NCBI GenBank assembly: GCA_021775495.1
Contig: JAJFHT010000071.1
Span: forward strand, 4,244-68,243
Length of the DNA stretch: 64,000 bases
Source: Hyphomicrobiales bacterium
GTDB taxonomy: Bacteria > Pseudomonadota > Alphaproteobacteria > Rhizobiales > Rhizobiaceae
Reading direction: 5' to 3'
The notes under the pieces were generated by a model that made no database searches, was not told the DNA's origin, and worked only from the letters and a program-made list of their open reading frames with translations. Shown piece after piece: positions 39,846-53,754 of this stretch. Each line of letters begins with the position of its first letter. The stretch's first letter is position 1. The position numbers and the translations under genes were made by a program.

Positions 39846-41354
39846 TCAGTTCGCTATGGCCACGCTTTGCGCGGCCTGCAGCGAAACAGTAATATTGTTG
39901 ATCAGCGCGTCGACGGAACCGGCGGTCGCGTCGAGAACGGGCGCTGGATAGATACCAAAAAAGAGCGTCAGTGCCGCAAGCGGATAGATCACCACCTTTT
40001 CCCGTGTCGACATGTCCAGCAACGCCTTCAGGCTCTCCTTATCAAGCGACCCGAACACCACCCGGCGGTACAGCCACAACGCATAGGCCGCCGAAAGGAT
40101 GACGCCTATCGTTGCGAAAACTGCCACCCAGGTATTAACCTGGAACACACCGATTAGCGTCAAGAACTCACCGACAAATCCGGACGTTCCCGGCAGCCCG
40201 ACATTGGCCATGGTGAAAATCATGAACACGACTGCGTATTTCGGCATGTTGTTGACCAGCCCGCCATAGGCGGAGATCTCCCTGGTGTGCATGCGGTCGT
40301 AGACAACACCGACGCACAGAAACAGTGCACTGGAGACCAGTCCGTGTGACAACATCTGGAAAATTCCGCCCTGAATGCCCTGCGCGTTCATGGCGAAAAT
40401 GCCCATCGTCACGTACCCCATATGGGCCACCGACGAATAGGCGATCAGTTTCTTCATGTCGTCCTGAACCAGGGCGACGAGAGAAGTGTAGATGATCGCA
40501 ACAATGGAAAGCGTAAATACCAACGGAGCAAAATCGGCGGAAGCAACCGGGAACATCGGCAATGAGAAGCGGATGAATCCATACCCGCCGAGCTTCAGAA
40601 GGATACCGGCCAGGATGACGGAACCGGCAGTAGGCGCCTCGACATGCGCATCGGGAAGCCAGGTATGCACTGGCCACATCGGCATTTTGACCGCAAACGA
40701 GGCGAAAAAGGCGAGCCAAAGCCAGGTTTGCATTTCCAGGGGGAACTCGTAAGCCAGCAATTCACGAATATTGGTGGTTCCGGATTCCCAGTACATGGCC
40801 ATTATGGCCAACAGCATCAAAACCGAACCGAGCAGTGTGTACAGAAAGAACTTGAAACTTGCATAGACCCGCCGGTTGCCGCCCCAGACACCAATAATGA
40901 TAAACATCGGAATGAGACCGGCTTCAAAGAAGACGTAGAACAGCACGATGTCGAGCGCGCAGAAGACACCGATCATCAGCGTTTCCAGGATCAGAAACGC
41001 GATCATGTATTCCTTGAGGCGTTTTTGAACGGATTCCCAACTGGCAAGAATGCACAACGGCATCAGGAATGTCGTCAGTATGACGAACAGCATCGAAATC
41101 CCGTCGACACCCATGTGGTAGGAAATACCTGAGTCCAGCCAGTCATGTTTCTCGACGAACTGAAATCCGGGATCTGCGTTGTCGAAATTGGCCCAGATCC
41201 ACAACGAGGTAAGAAACGTGAAGGCCGTTATCAGAAACGCAACGTTTCGGACATTGCGGCGTGCGACCTCGCCATCATCCCGAATAAACAGGATGAGCAG
41301 AACGCCAATCAGCGGTAAAAACGTGACCGTAGTAAGGATAGGCCAGTCGATCAT
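39846..41354 (-). CDS. nuoM: NADH-quinone oxidoreductase subunit M
   Basis: GVDGIS, FYVFFE and [20 protein letters not shown]. Confidence 0.97.
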   Translation of the reverse strand: MIDWPILTTVTFLPLIGVLLILFIRDDGEVARRNVRNVAFLITAFTFLTSLWIWANFDNADPGFQFVEKHDWLDSGISYHMGVDGISMLFVILTTFLMPLCILASWESVQKRLKEYMIAFLILETLMIGVFCALDIVLFYVFFEAGLIPMFIIIGVWGGNRRVYASFKFFLYTLLGSVLMLLAIMAMYWESGTTNIRELLAYEFPLEMQTWLWLAFFASFAVKMPMWPVHTWLPDAHVEAPTAGSVILAGILLKLGGYGFIRFSLPMFPVASADFAPLVFTLSIVAIIYTSLVALVQDDMKKLIAYSSVAHMGYVTMGIFAMNAQGIQGGIFQMLSHGLVSSALFLCVGVVYDRMHTREISAYGGLVNNMPKYAVVFMIFTMANVGLPGTSGFVGEFLTLIGVFQVNTWVAVFATIGVILSAAYALWLYRRVVFGSLDKESLKALLDMSTREKVVIYPLAALTLFFGIYPAPVLDATAGSVDALINNITVSLQAAQSVAIAN

Positions 41355-43336
41355 CAGAAGGCGCTCCCGAGCATCATCCAGGTGACCAGGGCGGCGACGC
41401 CGATCAGCATTGCGAAGGCATAGTGGTAAAGAAACCCGGTCTGTAGCTTGACAACCCTGTTGGTCACATCAAGCACCCGGGCTGAGACGCCATCCGGGCC
41501 AAACCCATCTATCATCCAGCCGTCTCCGCGCTTCCACAGGAACCGCCCGAGGCGTATTGCCGGCCGGACGAACAGAAAGTCGTAGATCTCGTCGAAGTAC
41601 CACTTGTTGAGCAGAAATGCGTAGAGACCGCGATGCTGCTTGGCCAGGTTCTTCGGCATTTCCGGACGGCGAATATAAAACAGGTAGGCTGTGGCAAGCC
41701 CCAGCAACATGGCAATGAACGGCATCAGTTTGACGTAAAACGGAACGTGATGGAACTCTTCCAGAATGTTGTTATCAGGCAGAATGAACAACGCACCCTT
41801 CCAAAAATGCTCATATTCATGGCCGATGAAATATTCCACGAAGAAGATACCGGCCAGCAACGATCCCGCAGCAAGAACGAACAACGGCACCAGCATGACC
41901 AATGGAGATTCATGGGCATGATGCATTACGTCCGCTGAGGCACGCGGTTTGCCATGGAACGTCATGAATATGAGTCGCCAGGAATAGAAGCTGGTGAACA
42001 CCGCGGCTATCACCAGCAATCCGAAGGCGATCCCGGCAAACGCATTCTCGCCAACGAACGCCGTTTCGATAATCGCGTCCTTGGAGAAGAAGCCGGCGGT
42101 TCCGATCAGCGTCGCCGGAATACCGACACCGGTAAGGGATATCGTTCCGATGATCATCATCCAATAGGTCATCGGAACGTATTTTCGCAATCCGCCCATG
42201 CGACGCATGTCCTGCTCATCCGACACGGCATGGATAACCGAACCGGCGCCGAGAAACAGGAGCGCCTTGAAAAAGGCATGCGTGAAGAGATGGAAGATTG
42301 CGACGCCATAAGCCCCGACACCGAGAGCCACGAACATGTACCCCAACTGGGAACAGGTCGAATAGGCGATGACCCGTTTGATGTCATTTTGGACCAGACC
42401 GACCGTCGCGGCAAAGAAGGCGGTGAACGCCCCGACAAGGGTCACGACGGAAAGCGCCGTATGCGACAGCTCGAAAATCGGCGACAGGCGCGCCACCATG
42501 AAAACGCCGGCCGTCACCATTGTGGCCGCGTGGATCAGCGCGGAAACCGGCGTCGGGCCTTCCATGGCATCGGGCAGCCATGTGTGCAGCGGAACCTGCG
42601 CGGATTTGCCCATGGCCCCCATGAACAGAAGCAGACAAATCGCCGTCAGAGCGGTTGATTTATCGAGTTCCATTCCAAGGAAATCGAGCGCGACCTCCCC
42701 GCCGGCCGATGCGCCACCTGAGAGATTTGCGGCATTGGTGAACACCGTCTCCAGATTGATCGAACCGAATAGCACGAAGATGCCGAATATCCCCAATGCG
42801 AAGCCAAAATCACCAATACGGTTGACAATAAACGCTTTCATCGCCGCACTGTTGGCCGAGGGTTTGCGGTACCAGAAACCGATCAGCAGATAGGACGCCA
42901 GTCCGACCCCTTCCCAGCCAAAGAACATCTGAACCAGATTGTCCGATGTCACCAGCATCAGCATGGCGAAGGTAAACAATGACAGATAGGCAAAGAACCG
43001 CGGACGATGCGGATCATGGTGCATATAGCCGATCGAGTAGATATGAACGACTGCCGATACGGTGTTGACCACCACCAGCATCACCACCGTCAGCGTGTCT
43101 ATACGCAGGGCCCAATCGACATCGAGGCCGCCGGACTGGATGAAACGCAATACCGGCACGGTGAAAGCTTCGCCTTCGCCGAATCCAACTGCAAAAAATG
43201 CAATCCACGACAGCACTGCCGAAATGACCATGAAGCCCGAAGTGACATATTCTGAACCGCGCACTCCAATTGAACGGGAGAACAGCCCGGCAATCAGACA
43301 GCCGAGCAGAGGGAGAAAGACGATCGCTTGATACAT
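41354..43336 (-). CDS. nuoL: NADH-quinone oxidoreductase subunit L
   Basis: [37 protein letters not shown] and [14 protein letters not shown]. Confidence 0.97.
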   Translation of the reverse strand: MYQAIVFLPLLGCLIAGLFSRSIGVRGSEYVTSGFMVISAVLSWIAFFAVGFGEGEAFTVPVLRFIQSGGLDVDWALRIDTLTVVMLVVVNTVSAVVHIYSIGYMHHDPHRPRFFAYLSLFTFAMLMLVTSDNLVQMFFGWEGVGLASYLLIGFWYRKPSANSAAMKAFIVNRIGDFGFALGIFGIFVLFGSINLETVFTNAANLSGGASAGGEVALDFLGMELDKSTALTAICLLLFMGAMGKSAQVPLHTWLPDAMEGPTPVSALIHAATMVTAGVFMVARLSPIFELSHTALSVVTLVGAFTAFFAATVGLVQNDIKRVIAYSTCSQLGYMFVALGVGAYGVAIFHLFTHAFFKALLFLGAGSVIHAVSDEQDMRRMGGLRKYVPMTYWMMIIGTISLTGVGIPATLIGTAGFFSKDAIIETAFVGENAFAGIAFGLLVIAAVFTSFYSWRLIFMTFHGKPRASADVMHHAHESPLVMLVPLFVLAAGSLLAGIFFVEYFIGHEYEHFWKGALFILPDNNILEEFHHVPFYVKLMPFIAMLLGLATAYLFYIRRPEMPKNLAKQHRGLYAFLLNKWYFDEIYDFLFVRPAIRLGRFLWKRGDGWMIDGFGPDGVSARVLDVTNRVVKLQTGFLYHYAFAMLIGVAALVTWMMLGSAF

Positions 43337-43351
43337 TTGCCGGTCCTCGCC

Positions 43352-43660
43352 TCAGCCCTTCATCACGTTGACATCTTCGACCGCGATCGAGCCGCGGTTG
43401 CGGTAGAAGACCACAAGGATTGCCAGGCCGATCGCCGCTTCAGCCGCCGCAACAGTCAGAACAAACAGCGCAAATACCTGGCCGACGAGGTCACCGAGCG
43501 CCGCTGAAAAAGCAACAAAATTGATGTTGACCGCAAGCAAAATGAGCTCGATCGACATCAGGATGATAATGACATTCTTGCGGTTCAGGAAAATTCCGAA
43601 CACGCCCATAGTGAACAGGATTGCAGAAACGGTGAGAAAATGTGCGATGCCGACTTCCAT
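43352..43660 (-). CDS. nuoK: NADH-quinone oxidoreductase subunit K
   Basis: [12 protein letters not shown] and [11 protein letters not shown]. Confidence 0.96.
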   Translation of the reverse strand: MEVGIAHFLTVSAILFTMGVFGIFLNRKNVIIILMSIELILLAVNINFVAFSAALGDLVGQVFALFVLTVAAAEAAIGLAILVVFYRNRGSIAVEDVNVMKG

Positions 43661-43671
43661 GATTGCGCCTG

Positions 43672-44292
43672 TCAGATGCCCTTGCCCGTTTCGACCTGTT
43701 TGATCTCGATTGCCGTCGCTGGCGTGCGAGCAACCTGAGCCGAGATATTCTGCCGCTTCACCCCGGGTTTATGGCGGAGCGTCAGAACAATCGCGCCAAT
43801 CATGGCGACCAGCAGGATCAGACCGGCAATTTGAAAAAAGTAGATGTAGTCTGTGTAGAGAATATCCCCGAGCGCAGCGGTGTTGTGCCGCTCGGCCAGG
43901 TCCGGTGTCGGCCTCGCCGTCTTGATGCCGAGTTCGGGGGAAAATGCCGACCCTCCGAGCACGATCACAAGCTCGGCAGCCAGAACGATACCGACAAGCG
44001 CACCAATCGGCGCATATTGCAGAGCGCCGGATTTCAGTTCGGCAAAATCGACATCGAGCATCATGACGACGAACAGGAACAGGACAGCGACGGCACCGAC
44101 ATAGACGACAAGCAGAATCATCGCCAGGAACTCAGCTCCGGCAAGCATGAACAACCCTGCCGCATTGACAAAGGCGAGGATCAGAAAAAGCACCGAATGA
44201 ACCGGGTTTCTGGACGCAATTACCATGAAGCCGGCGGCGACCACCACGAAGGCGAACAGGTAGAAAAAAGCCGCCTCAAGTCCTGTCAGCAT
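43672..44292 (-). CDS. nuoJ: NADH-quinone oxidoreductase subunit J
   Basis: NPVHSVLFL and [27 protein letters not shown]. Confidence 0.96.
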   Translation of the reverse strand: MLTGLEAAFFYLFAFVVVAAGFMVIASRNPVHSVLFLILAFVNAAGLFMLAGAEFLAMILLVVYVGAVAVLFLFVVMMLDVDFAELKSGALQYAPIGALVGIVLAAELVIVLGGSAFSPELGIKTARPTPDLAERHNTAALGDILYTDYIYFFQIAGLILLVAMIGAIVLTLRHKPGVKRQNISAQVARTPATAIEIKQVETGKGI

Positions 44293-44431
44293 GGGTTCCC
44301 CCGGGGTTAACCGGACAGGCCAGGTTTCAGGCCCGTCCTGTGGTGATTTTCACATTCGCGCGAAACGCCGATACCGGCCTGCCGCGCAGCTTCAATAGAC
44401 GAGCCATTCCAGCCCGTCCATAGGGTCTCAG

Positions 44432-44923
44432 TCATCGATACGGTGCATCGAGAACCATATTCTGAGCAATCTCCCGCTCCCAGCGATCGCCGTTGGCGAG
44501 AAGCTTTTCCTTGTCGTAGTAAAGTTCCTCACGGGTCTCCGTCGCAAATTCGAAATTCGGGCCCTCAACGATTGCATCGACCGGGCAAGCTTCCTGACAG
44601 AATCCGCAGTAAATACACTTGACCATGTCGATGTCGTAACGAACCGTCCGGCGGGTTCCGTCATTACGGCGGGGGCCCGCCTCGATGGTAATGGCCTGAG
44701 CCGGACATATCGCTTCGCAAAGTTTGCAGGCAATGCAGCGCTCTTCCCCGTTGGGGTAGCGACGCAACGCATGTTCGCCTCGAAACCGCGGCGATATCGG
44801 CCCTTTTTCATGTGGATAGTTCAGCGTCTTCTTCGGCGAGAAGAATTGCCGCATCGACAGCACGAATGCGCGTCCGAACTCCAGCAGCAGCAGCGATTTG
44901 GCCGCCTGAAACACACCTGCCAT
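44432..44923 (-). CDS. nuoI: NADH-quinone oxidoreductase subunit I
   Basis: Two 4Fe-4S motifs, [12 protein letters not shown] and [12 protein letters not shown]. Confidence 0.96.
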   Translation of the reverse strand: MAGVFQAAKSLLLLEFGRAFVLSMRQFFSPKKTLNYPHEKGPISPRFRGEHALRRYPNGEERCIACKLCEAICPAQAITIEAGPRRNDGTRRTVRYDIDMVKCIYCGFCQEACPVDAIVEGPNFEFATETREELYYDKEKLLANGDRWEREIAQNMVLDAPYR

Positions 44924-44960
44924 CAGCAACCTCCAAAGTTAAGTGCAGCAAGGCCGGGCA

Positions 44961-46007
44961 TCACGCGACCCAACCGGTGAATTTCAGCACGGCCGCCGTC
45001 GCGACCACCATGAAAAGCGAGATCGGCAGGAACACCTTCCAACCCAGGCGCATCAGCTGGTCATAGCGGTATCGCGGCACAAAAGCCTTGACCATGGAGA
45101 TCATGAAGAAAACCAGGCAGACCTTGAGAATGAACCACACCGCTCCCGGCACCCAGGTAAATGGCGCAAAATCGAATGGTGGCAGCCAGCCGCCCAGGAA
45201 CAGGATTGTGGTCAGCGCGCACATCAGCACGATCGCCACGTACTCGCCGAGGAAGAACAGCAGAAACGGCGTCGAGGAATATTCGATCATGTGGCCGGCG
45301 ACGAGTTCCGATTCGGCCTCGACCAGATCGAAAGGCGGACGGTTGGTTTCCGCCAGTGCCGATATGAAAAAGATGATGAACATAGGGAACAGCGCCAGCC
45401 AGTGCCAGTCCAGCAGGCTGCTCGAAAAACCAAGCCGTGTTCCAAGCCCGTCGCTCTGTGACAGGACGATATCGGTCAGATTGAGCGAGCCGACGCACAA
45501 TAGCACCGTAATGATCACAAAGCCGATCGACACTTCATAGGAAACCATCTGGGCTGCGGAGCGCAGCGCGGCCAAAAACGGGTATTTCGAGTTGGACGCC
45601 CAGCCGCCCATGATCACGCCATAGACTTCCAGAGAGGCGATTGCAAAGACGAACAGGATTCCGACATTGATATCGGCAATCGCCCAGTTCTGGTCGATCG
45701 GAATCACCGCCCATGTCGCCAGTGCAAGGACAGCGGAAACAAGGGGAGCGAGAAGAAACACGCCCTTGTTCGCTCCGGACGGAATGACCGGTTCCTTGAA
45801 CACGAATTTCAAAAGATCGGCAAATGCCTGAAGCAATCCAAACGGACCAACGACATTGGGACCTTTGCGCAATTGCACGGCTGCCCAAATCTTGCGATCG
45901 GCGTAGAGGATATAGGCTACGAAGATCAGCAGTGCGACCAGAAACACGACCGATTTCAGCAGAATGATCAGCGCGGGCAGAACATATGTAATGAAAAAAC
46001 CGTCCAT
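44961..46007 (-). CDS. nuoH: NADH-quinone oxidoreductase subunit H
   Basis: [22 protein letters not shown] and ETNRPPFDL. Confidence 0.97.
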   Translation of the reverse strand: MDGFFITYVLPALIILLKSVVFLVALLIFVAYILYADRKIWAAVQLRKGPNVVGPFGLLQAFADLLKFVFKEPVIPSGANKGVFLLAPLVSAVLALATWAVIPIDQNWAIADINVGILFVFAIASLEVYGVIMGGWASNSKYPFLAALRSAAQMVSYEVSIGFVIITVLLCVGSLNLTDIVLSQSDGLGTRLGFSSSLLDWHWLALFPMFIIFFISALAETNRPPFDLVEAESELVAGHMIEYSSTPFLLFFLGEYVAIVLMCALTTILFLGGWLPPFDFAPFTWVPGAVWFILKVCLVFFMISMVKAFVPRYRYDQLMRLGWKVFLPISLFMVVATAAVLKFTGWVA

Positions 46008-46019
46008 GAAATTCCGCCC

Positions 46020-48101
46020 CTATTCCGCCGCAACGGCACGCTGGCCGCTTGCCAATGCCGAACATTCGGCCATGACCGACGATGCGCGTGCGATCGGATT
46101 TGTCAGATAGAAATCCCGAACCGATGAAACAAAGGCGGATTTCGTCAGGCGTCCGCCGGCCTTTTCCAACCGGAAAACATCAGCCGGATCTCCGGCTGCA
46201 ATCTGGTCGATCGCAGCCAGATGGGGGTGTGTCTCATAAAGCCTGGATCGAAGTGCCGCCAGCGAGTCGAACGGCAGCCGGCATCCCAGCGTGTCCGACA
46301 GGGCACGTAGTATCGCCCAGTCCTCACGGGCCGAACCCGGTGGGAATGTGGCTCGCGTGGCCATTTGTACGCGGCCTTCCGTGTTGACATACGTGCCGCT
46401 CTTTTCCGGAAACGCCGCTCCGGGCAGAATGACATCCGCACGGTGCGCGCCGCCGTCGCCATGGGTACCGATGTAAACCGTGAAGGCGGATCCAATTCTG
46501 CTCATATTGAGCTCGTCAGCGCCCAGCAGAAACAATACGTCCATCGCCCCCATCATCTCGGCGACGTTCCGGCCGCCCTCACCAGGTACGAACCCGATGT
46601 CGAGAGCGCCAACGCGAGCAGCCGCGGTGTGCAGGATACCGAATCCGTTCCAGTCCGGCCCGACGGCACCGGTCACGCCGGCAATTTTTGCCGCCATGGA
46701 CAGGATCAGTTTGCTGTCAGAGCGGGTCAAAGCACCCTGCCCGACGATGATCATCGGACGTTCGGCACGCTTGAGGACGGAAAGGAATTTTCCCTTGCCG
46801 TCCGCGAGTTCCTTCAATGTTTCCGGCCCGGTCCCGAGCATTTCATGGTCGTAACGCAGATCGCCGAAATCGCCCACCACGCCAATGGGGAAACCGCCGG
46901 CGCGCCAGCGTTTGCGAATGCGGGCGTTCAGCACCGACGCCTCGAACCGCGGATTTGCACCAATGATCAGCAAGGCGTCCGCATCCTCAATGCCGTCGAT
47001 GGTCGGATTGAACAGATAGCTTGCCCTTCCGTGGGCGGGATCAAGCACCGCACCGTCCTGGCGGCAATCCATGTTGGAACTGCCAAGGCCGGTCATCAGT
47101 TCCTTCAGCGCGAAAACCTCTTCGACGGCCGCCAGATCTCCGCTGATGGCGCCGATCTTGTCGGATGTCGTTTTGCCGATCGCCTGGGAAATGGCATCGA
47201 ATGCCTCGTTCCAGCTTGCCGCTGTGAGTTTGCCGTCTTTGCGCACGTAGGGCTGGTCAAGCCTCTGGGTGCGGAGCCCGTCCCAGATGAATCGGGTTTT
47301 GTCTGATATCCATTCCTCGTTCACCGCCTCATTGATCCGAGGCATGATCCGCATCACTTCGCGGCCACGGCTGTCGACCCGGATTGCCGACCCGACTGCG
47401 TCCATCACATCAATGGTTTCGGTCTTGGTCAGTTCCCATGGCCGCGCCTGGAACGCGTAGGGTTTCGACGTCAAAGCGCCGACCGGGCAAAGGTCGATCA
47501 CGTTGCCCTGCAACTCGGACGTCATTGCCTGTTCAAGATAGGTGGTGATTTCCGCGTCCTCGCCCCGTCCCAACAGGCCAAGTTCCGAAATACCGGCAAT
47601 TTCCGTCGTGAAACGAACACACCGTGTGCAGTGAATGCAGCGTGTCATGATGGTTTTGACGAGCGGACCGATATATTTGTCCTCAACGGCCCGCTTGTTT
47701 TCACTGTAGCGCGAGGAATCCATGCCAAAGGCCATGGCCTGATCCTGCAGATCGCATTCGCCGCCCTGATCGCAGATCGGGCAATCCAGCGGATGATTGA
47801 TCAGCAGGAACTCCATCACCCCTTCGCGAGCCTTCTTGACCATCGGAGTGTTGGTGAAGACTTCAGGCAATTCGCCATTCGGTCCCGGACGAAGATCGCG
47901 CACGCCCATGGCACAGGAAGCAGCCGGTTTCGGCGGCCCGCCCTTGACCTCGACAAGGCACATTCGGCAGTTGCCGGCGATCGACAGCCGTTCGTGGAAA
48001 CAAAACCGCGGCACTTCGGCGCCCGCCTCTTCGGCGGCCTGCAGCAGCGTGTAGTGATCGGGAACTTCGATCTCGTTTCCGTCGACGCGCAGTTTCGTCA
48101 T
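46020..48101 (-). CDS. nuoG: NADH-quinone oxidoreductase subunit G
   Basis: [32 protein letters not shown] and CIHCTRC; start at MTKLRV. Confidence 0.97.
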   Translation of the reverse strand: MTKLRVDGNEIEVPDHYTLLQAAEEAGAEVPRFCFHERLSIAGNCRMCLVEVKGGPPKPAASCAMGVRDLRPGPNGELPEVFTNTPMVKKAREGVMEFLLINHPLDCPICDQGGECDLQDQAMAFGMDSSRYSENKRAVEDKYIGPLVKTIMTRCIHCTRCVRFTTEIAGISELGLLGRGEDAEITTYLEQAMTSELQGNVIDLCPVGALTSKPYAFQARPWELTKTETIDVMDAVGSAIRVDSRGREVMRIMPRINEAVNEEWISDKTRFIWDGLRTQRLDQPYVRKDGKLTAASWNEAFDAISQAIGKTTSDKIGAISGDLAAVEEVFALKELMTGLGSSNMDCRQDGAVLDPAHGRASYLFNPTIDGIEDADALLIIGANPRFEASVLNARIRKRWRAGGFPIGVVGDFGDLRYDHEMLGTGPETLKELADGKGKFLSVLKRAERPMIIVGQGALTRSDSKLILSMAAKIAGVTGAVGPDWNGFGILHTAAARVGALDIGFVPGEGGRNVAEMMGAMDVLFLLGADELNMSRIGSAFTVYIGTHGDGGAHRADVILPGAAFPEKSGTYVNTEGRVQMATRATFPPGSAREDWAILRALSDTLGCRLPFDSLAALRSRLYETHPHLAAIDQIAAGDPADVFRLEKAGGRLTKSAFVSSVRDFYLTNPIARASSVMAECSALASGQRAVAAE

Positions 48102-48192
48102 CGTGCGTTCAGTCCCGCTTTTTTGCCGGTAGCAGGTCGGACCGGAACACCGGCTTCCACCACATCGGCAATACCCATTCTCCCGGTTGTCT

Positions 48193-48855
48193 TCATGACA
48201 CACCGTCTTTCGTTTTACTCATTGCCCCGGCCTGGGCGATCCAGCCGTCCCGGTCAATGCGTCCCTTGAACTGCAAATAGTCGTCTACCCAACTGATTTC
48301 CGAGGGTGCCCAAAGCGAGATCTGCTCAAAAGTCCAGATTCCCAATCCGTGTAGAACCTGTTCAAGCTTTGGCCCAATCCCCGAGATCCGCTTGAGATCG
48401 TCAATCTTGTCCGGGCGCTGCATGGAAGGCGGTTGTACCGATACCGGATCGGCAGCACTTATCGTTGCACCTGGCTCATCCGAAGCCACAGAACTTGCAG
48501 GTGCCTTTACCTCGTGCGGTTCATCAGACCATGAGTCCGTCGGCTCGTTGATGGTTTCAGGAAATTTTGTCCAGTTCAAAAAAGCAGACATTGGGTCGGA
48601 GCTACCGAATGATGCGCCGGTCGAGCGACGCGACGCTTCCATCGCTCCCGCCATGGTGCCGGCAACAAGGCCCATCATATGTCCGGCCACTCCGAAACCG
48701 ATCGCCGACACCGCAGCAAGTCCCGCGACCGGATGGGCCATCAGATTTGCAGCAGCCCGGTAATCTATGCCTGGAAATCCGTTCTCAGCCGTCATCTTTG
48801 CGCCTTGTATTCCTGACTCTTCGATCGTTTCATCTGTTGCGGGACGTTTCGACAC
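48193..48855 (-). CDS. Hypothetical protein with a C-terminal helix-hairpin-helix domain (COG3743/DUF4332-like), inside the nuo operon
   Basis: GTG start with AAGGA RBS; hydrophobic N-terminal stretch; C-terminal [24 protein letters not shown]...[12 protein letters not shown]. Confidence 0.8.
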   Translation of the reverse strand: MSKRPATDETIEESGIQGAKMTAENGFPGIDYRAAANLMAHPVAGLAAVSAIGFGVAGHMMGLVAGTMAGAMEASRRSTGASFGSSDPMSAFLNWTKFPETINEPTDSWSDEPHEVKAPASSVASDEPGATISAADPVSVQPPSMQRPDKIDDLKRISGIGPKLEQVLHGLGIWTFEQISLWAPSEISWVDDYLQFKGRIDRDGWIAQAGAMSKTKDGVS

Positions 48856-48922
48856 TGATCATTTCCTTGTCGTTTGCCCATCCCTCGCCGGCACGTTGTC
48901 TCGCGCGCCGACTCCCCGGCTC

Positions 48923-50230
48923 CTATTCAGCCGCCTCGAGCACCGGCTCCTGATCCGATGAGGCGTTTCTGGTAAATTCGTCAATCCGACGTTCAACTTC
49001 CGGCCGGAAGTGCCGTATCAAACCCTGTATTGGCCAAGCGGCCGCATCACCCAGGGCGCAGATCGTATGCCCCTCAACCTGCTTTGTGACGTCCAGCAAC
49101 ATGTCGATTTCACGTTTCTGGGCTTCACCGCGCACCAGCCGTTCCATCACACGCCACATCCACCCGGTACCTTCCCGGCAGGGTGTGCACTGACCACAGG
49201 ACTCATGCTTGTAGAAATAGCTCAGCCGGGCAATGGCTTTGACGATGTCGGTCGACTTGTCCATCACAATCACGGCGGCCGTGCCAAGTCCGGATTTCAG
49301 ATCGCGCAGCGAATCGAAATCCATCGAACAATCGACAATCTGACTGGCGGGCACGCAGGGAACCGAAGACCCTCCCGGAATGACGGCAAGAAGATTATCC
49401 CAGCCGCCCCGAACGCCGCCGCAATGCCGGTCGATCAGTTCCTTGAACGGTATGCTCATTTCCTCTTCGACGGTGCAGGGGTTTTCCACATGTCCCGAGA
49501 TGCAGAATAATTTGGTGCCGCTGTTGTTCGGCTTGCCAAAGCCGGCAAACCAGCCGGCACCACGACGCAGGATGGTCGGTGCGACCGCGATTGACTCGAC
49601 ATTGTTGACCGTGGTCGGACAACCATAGAGCCCGACATTGGCGGGAAATGGCGGCTTCAGGCGCGGCTGGCCCTTTTTCCCTTCCAGGCTTTCCAGCAGC
49701 GCTGTTTCCTCGCCGCAGATGTAAGCACCGGCGCCGTGGTGGACGAAAACGTCGAAATCCCAGCCGTTCTTGTTGTTTTTGCCAAGCAGCCCGGCTTCAT
49801 AGGCCTCATCAACAGCGAGTTGCAGCGCTTCACGTTCCCGGATGAATTCGCCGCGAACATAGATGTACGCCGTATGGGCACCCATAGCGAAGCCGGCGAT
49901 CAGGCAGCCCTCAACCAATGTGTGAGGTTCGTGACGCAAGATATCGCGATCCTTGCAGGTTCCAGGCTCCGACTCGTCTGCGTTGACGACGAGATAGTGC
50001 GGACGACCATCGTCGCCCTTCGGCATGAAGGACCATTTCAGTCCGGTCGGAAATCCCGCACCGCCACGGCCGCGCAGACCGGACGATTTCATTTCGTTGA
50101 TGATCCAGTCGCGCCCCTTGGCGATCAGGCCTTTGGTGCCGTCCCAGTGGCCACGAGCCATTGCGCCCTTCAGGCTGCGGTCGAAACGACCATAAATATT
50201 GGTGAAAATGCGGTCCTGGTCCTCAAGCAT
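48923..50230 (-). CDS. nuoF: NADH-quinone oxidoreductase subunit F
   Basis: [29 protein letters not shown] and [11 protein letters not shown]. Confidence 0.97.
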   Translation of the reverse strand: MLEDQDRIFTNIYGRFDRSLKGAMARGHWDGTKGLIAKGRDWIINEMKSSGLRGRGGAGFPTGLKWSFMPKGDDGRPHYLVVNADESEPGTCKDRDILRHEPHTLVEGCLIAGFAMGAHTAYIYVRGEFIREREALQLAVDEAYEAGLLGKNNKNGWDFDVFVHHGAGAYICGEETALLESLEGKKGQPRLKPPFPANVGLYGCPTTVNNVESIAVAPTILRRGAGWFAGFGKPNNSGTKLFCISGHVENPCTVEEEMSIPFKELIDRHCGGVRGGWDNLLAVIPGGSSVPCVPASQIVDCSMDFDSLRDLKSGLGTAAVIVMDKSTDIVKAIARLSYFYKHESCGQCTPCREGTGWMWRVMERLVRGEAQKREIDMLLDVTKQVEGHTICALGDAAAWPIQGLIRHFRPEVERRIDEFTRNASSDQEPVLEAAE

Positions 50231-50300
50231 TTTTCATCCCCACTTCACCTGATTTCCTGGTCCGTTTCGCCTCACAAGCAAATGTCATCATGGCCATCCG

Positions 50301-51347
50301 CTAACGTGGTTTCTTGCCGAAGACACGCACATATTCATCGACGCCTTTGGACAGCGCGCGGGCCTGCTTGACCCAGTCTTCGCGCTCGATCCTGCCTTTG
50401 AACTTCAGGTAACCATCGACCCATTCGCGTTCCGCCTTCTTCCAGCCGGAAACCTGTTTGAAGGTGAAAATCCCCAACTCATGAAGAATGCCCTCAATCT
50501 TGGGGCCGACACCGGAAATCAGCCGCAGATTGTCGGGCGACGCCGGGCGCTCCATGGCAACGGGACGGTTCTTGTCCTGCAGGGTCGGTTGTTTGGTTTC
50601 GATGGCAGCCGCTTTGGCGGGGGCCGGCTTCTCCGCAGGTGCTTTGGTCTCAGTCTTTGCAGGCTTTGCCGCGCTGCCATTCTTTGCGGCCGGCTTTTTC
50701 TCACCGGCTTTGCCGCGATTGCGTTTCAAAAGAATTTTTTCGTCGGTCAGACAGGTCAGTCCGGACAGCGGCTCGGAACATTCCCTGCCGTTCTGCGGTC
50801 CAGGCTTGATTTTGCCGCCTTTACCGCTGGCAAACGCATCGATGATTTCCTCAAGCCGTTCCGGGCTCAAATCCTCATAGGTATCTTTGAAGATCATGAC
50901 CATCGGTGCATTGGCACAAGCTCCGAGACACTCGACTTCCTCCCAGGAAAGAGTTCCGTCGGAATTAGTCTGGAATTGCTCTTCGGAAATCCGGGACTTG
51001 CAAACGCGCATCAGGTCTTCCGATCCGCGTAGCATGCAAGGGGTTGTGCCGCAGACCTGGACATGCGCCCGTGTGCCAACCGGCTTGAGCTGAAACTGGG
51101 TATAGAATGTCGCAACCTCAAGAGCCCTAATATAGGGCATATCCAGCATATCTGCGATTGCTTCAATTGAAGCCCTGGTGACCCAGCCTTCCTGTTCCTG
51201 GGCGCGCATCAGCAACGGAATGACCGCCGACTGTTCGCGTCCCTTGGGATATTTTTTTATCGTCCTTTTCGCCCATGCGCCATTGGCGCGATTAAAGGTA
51301 AAACCTTCCGGCTGAAACTCAGGATCTGCAAGACGGCGCACAGACAT
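50301..51347 (-). CDS. nuoE: NADH-quinone oxidoreductase subunit E with C-terminal HhH extension
   Basis: 2Fe-2S ligands CGTTPC and CLGAC; K/A/P-rich linker followed by [12 protein letters not shown] domain. Confidence 0.95.
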   Translation of the reverse strand: MSVRRLADPEFQPEGFTFNRANGAWAKRTIKKYPKGREQSAVIPLLMRAQEQEGWVTRASIEAIADMLDMPYIRALEVATFYTQFQLKPVGTRAHVQVCGTTPCMLRGSEDLMRVCKSRISEEQFQTNSDGTLSWEEVECLGACANAPMVMIFKDTYEDLSPERLEEIIDAFASGKGGKIKPGPQNGRECSEPLSGLTCLTDEKILLKRNRGKAGEKKPAAKNGSAAKPAKTETKAPAEKPAPAKAAAIETKQPTLQDKNRPVAMERPASPDNLRLISGVGPKIEGILHELGIFTFKQVSGWKKAEREWVDGYLKFKGRIEREDWVKQARALSKGVDEYVRVFGKKPR

Positions 51348-52538
51348 CTATCGATCAACCTCACCAAACACGATATCGAGAGAGCCAAGGACTGCCGACA
51401 CGTCGGCCAGCATGTGGCCTTTCGAGACAAAATCCATGGCTTGGAGATGAGCAAAACCCGGCGCACGCAGTTTGCACCGATAGGGTTTGTTCGAGCCATC
51501 GGAAACCAGAAAGACCCCGAACTCGCCCTTGGGGGCTTCAACCGCGGAATACACCTCGCCGGCCGGTACATGGTAGCCCTCGGTATAGAGCTTGAAATGA
51601 TGGATCAATGCTTCCATCGAACGCTTCATTTCTCCACGGCTCGGCGGCACGATCTTGTTGTCTGTCGACGAGACCGGACCGGTCTTCTCGGATCCGAGCA
51701 GTTGCTCAACGCACTGCTTCATGATGCGAACCGACTGACGCATTTCTTCCATGCGGATCAGGTAACGGTCATAACAATCGCCGTTCTTTCCAACCGGAAT
51801 ATCGAAAGCCATTTCCGAATAGCATTCATAGGGTTGAGACTTGCGCAGGTCCCACGCCGCGCCGGACCCGCGCACCATGACGCCCGAGAATCCCCAGGCC
51901 CAGGCATCTTCGATCCTGACGGTGCCGATGTCGACATTGCGCTGTTTGAAGATGCGATTTCCCGTCAACAGGCTGTCGAGATCGTCGACAACCTTCAGGA
52001 ACGGATCACACCAGTTGCCGATATCCTCAACCAGTTCAGGCGGCAGGTCCTGGTGCACGCCGCCGGGGCGCACATATGCGGCATGCATGCGCGCCCCGCA
52101 GGCGCGCTCATAGAACACCATGAGTTTTTCACGTTCTTCGAATCCCCAAAGCGGCGGTGTCAGCGCACCGACGTCGAGCGCCTGGGTCGTCACGTTAAGC
52201 AGATGCGACAGAATGCGGCCGATCTCGGAATAGAGAACTCTGACAAGTTGGCCGCGTTTTGGAACGGTGATGCTCGCCAGACGTTCGACTGCCAGCGCGA
52301 AGGCATGTTCCTGATTCATCGGCGCGACATAGTCCAGCCTGTCGAAATACGGCACGGCCTGCAGATAGGTCTTGTGCTCGATCAGCTTTTCGGTGCCCCG
52401 GTGCAACAGGCCGATATGCGGATCCACCCGTTCAACCACCTCGCCGTCCAGTTCCAGCACCAGGCGCAAAACACCGTGCGCGGCCGGATGCTGCGGCCCG
52501 AAGTTGATGTTGAAATTGCGGACACTGTGTTCGGTCAT
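51348..52538 (-). CDS. nuoD: NADH-quinone oxidoreductase subunit D
   Basis: [27 protein letters not shown] and GEVDR. Confidence 0.97.
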   Translation of the reverse strand: MTEHSVRNFNINFGPQHPAAHGVLRLVLELDGEVVERVDPHIGLLHRGTEKLIEHKTYLQAVPYFDRLDYVAPMNQEHAFALAVERLASITVPKRGQLVRVLYSEIGRILSHLLNVTTQALDVGALTPPLWGFEEREKLMVFYERACGARMHAAYVRPGGVHQDLPPELVEDIGNWCDPFLKVVDDLDSLLTGNRIFKQRNVDIGTVRIEDAWAWGFSGVMVRGSGAAWDLRKSQPYECYSEMAFDIPVGKNGDCYDRYLIRMEEMRQSVRIMKQCVEQLLGSEKTGPVSSTDNKIVPPSRGEMKRSMEALIHHFKLYTEGYHVPAGEVYSAVEAPKGEFGVFLVSDGSNKPYRCKLRAPGFAHLQAMDFVSKGHMLADVSAVLGSLDIVFGEVDR

Positions 52539-52553
52539 CGACGATCCGCCTTC

Positions 52554-53156
52554 CTACTGCTTGGCTTTCTCGTCGCCCGGCAGCACGTATTCGGTGCCTT
52601 CCCAAGGGGACAGAAAATCGAAATTGCGGAATTCCTGTTTCAGTTCGACAGGTTCATAAACCACGCGCTTTCGCTCATCGTCATATCGAACTTCAACATA
52701 TCCGGTGAGCGGAAAATCCTTGCGCAACGGATGACCTTCAAAACCGTAATCGGTCAACAGGCGGCGCAGATCGGGGTGCCCGGAAAACAGGATGCCGTAG
52801 AGATCATAGGCCTCACGCTCAAACCAGTCGGCCCCCGGATAGACCGCCGTTGCCGACGGAATCGCGACATCCTCGCCGACCTCGACCTTCACGCGAATGC
52901 GCTGGTTCTGTTGCGGCGACAGCAAATGATAAACCACGTCGAAGCGCTTTTCGCGCGATGGGTAATCCACTCCGCAAATATCGATGAAGCAGATAAAACA
53001 GCACTGAACGTCATCGCGCAGAAATCCGAGGACATCGAGAATATCCGAACCATCAGCCTTCAGCGTCAGTTCGCCATTTTCGACCTGACTTGCAACGAGT
53101 TTGTCGCCAAGTTTGTCGGCAATATGGGACGCCAGTTCGTGCAGGGCTTCGCTCAT
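52554..53156 (-). CDS. nuoC: NADH-quinone oxidoreductase subunit C
   Basis: [11 protein letters not shown] and GHPLRKDFP; start at MSEALH. Confidence 0.96.
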   Translation of the reverse strand: MSEALHELASHIADKLGDKLVASQVENGELTLKADGSDILDVLGFLRDDVQCCFICFIDICGVDYPSREKRFDVVYHLLSPQQNQRIRVKVEVGEDVAIPSATAVYPGADWFEREAYDLYGILFSGHPDLRRLLTDYGFEGHPLRKDFPLTGYVEVRYDDERKRVVYEPVELKQEFRNFDFLSPWEGTEYVLPGDEKAKQ

Positions 53157-53172
53157 TCGTCTAAATCCCCGC

Positions 53173-53754
53173 CTAGCGTTCAATCGTACCGGTTCGGCGA
53201 ATTTTCTTCTGCAGCAGAAGAATGCCGTAAAGCAGCGCCTCGGCGGTCGGCGGACAGCCAGGGACATAGATGTCCACCGGCACCACGCGATCACATCCAC
53301 GCACGACGGAGTATGAATAGTGATAGTACCCGCCGCCATTGGCGCAGGATCCCATCGAGATGACATAGCGGGGTTCCGGCATCTGGTCATAGACCTTGCG
53401 CATTGCGGGTGCCATCTTGTTGGTCAACGTACCGGCAACGATCATGACATCCGACTGGCGTGGAGACGCACGCGGGGCAATACCGAAGCGTTCCGCATCG
53501 TAACGTGGCATTGACGTATGCATCATCTCGACCGCGCAACACGCCAGACCAAAAGTCATCCACATCAACGAACCAGTACGGGCCCAAGTGACCAGAGCCT
53601 CAGACGAGGTGACAAGGAATCCCTTATCGGCGAGTTCGCTGTTGATCTCACCGAAATAGGCATCATTGGCGCCCATCGGTTTGCCGGTCGCGGGATCAAT
53701 AATGCCCTTCGGCCGCGGCGCGATCAGGGTGCCCGAGCTGTCGTTCAGTCCCAT
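53173..53754 (-). CDS. nuoB: NADH-quinone oxidoreductase subunit B
   Basis: [16 protein letters not shown] and PGCPP; start at MGLNDS. Confidence 0.96.
   Translation of the reverse strand: MGLNDSSGTLIAPRPKGIIDPATGKPMGANDAYFGEINSELADKGFLVTSSEALVTWARTGSLMWMTFGLACCAVEMMHTSMPRYDAERFGIAPRASPRQSDVMIVAGTLTNKMAPAMRKVYDQMPEPRYVISMGSCANGGGYYHYSYSVVRGCDRVVPVDIYVPGCPPTAEALLYGILLLQKKIRRTGTIER

Noticed and set aside
44293..44431. 139-bp gap with weak hairpins between nuoI and nuoJ
   Set aside because: No convincing ORF or terminator; probably an ordinary intercistronic spacer.
51414..53363. 649-aa plus-strand ORF antisense to nuoB/C/D
   Set aside because: Shadow ORF of conserved, codon-biased high-GC genes; it has no recognisable motifs.
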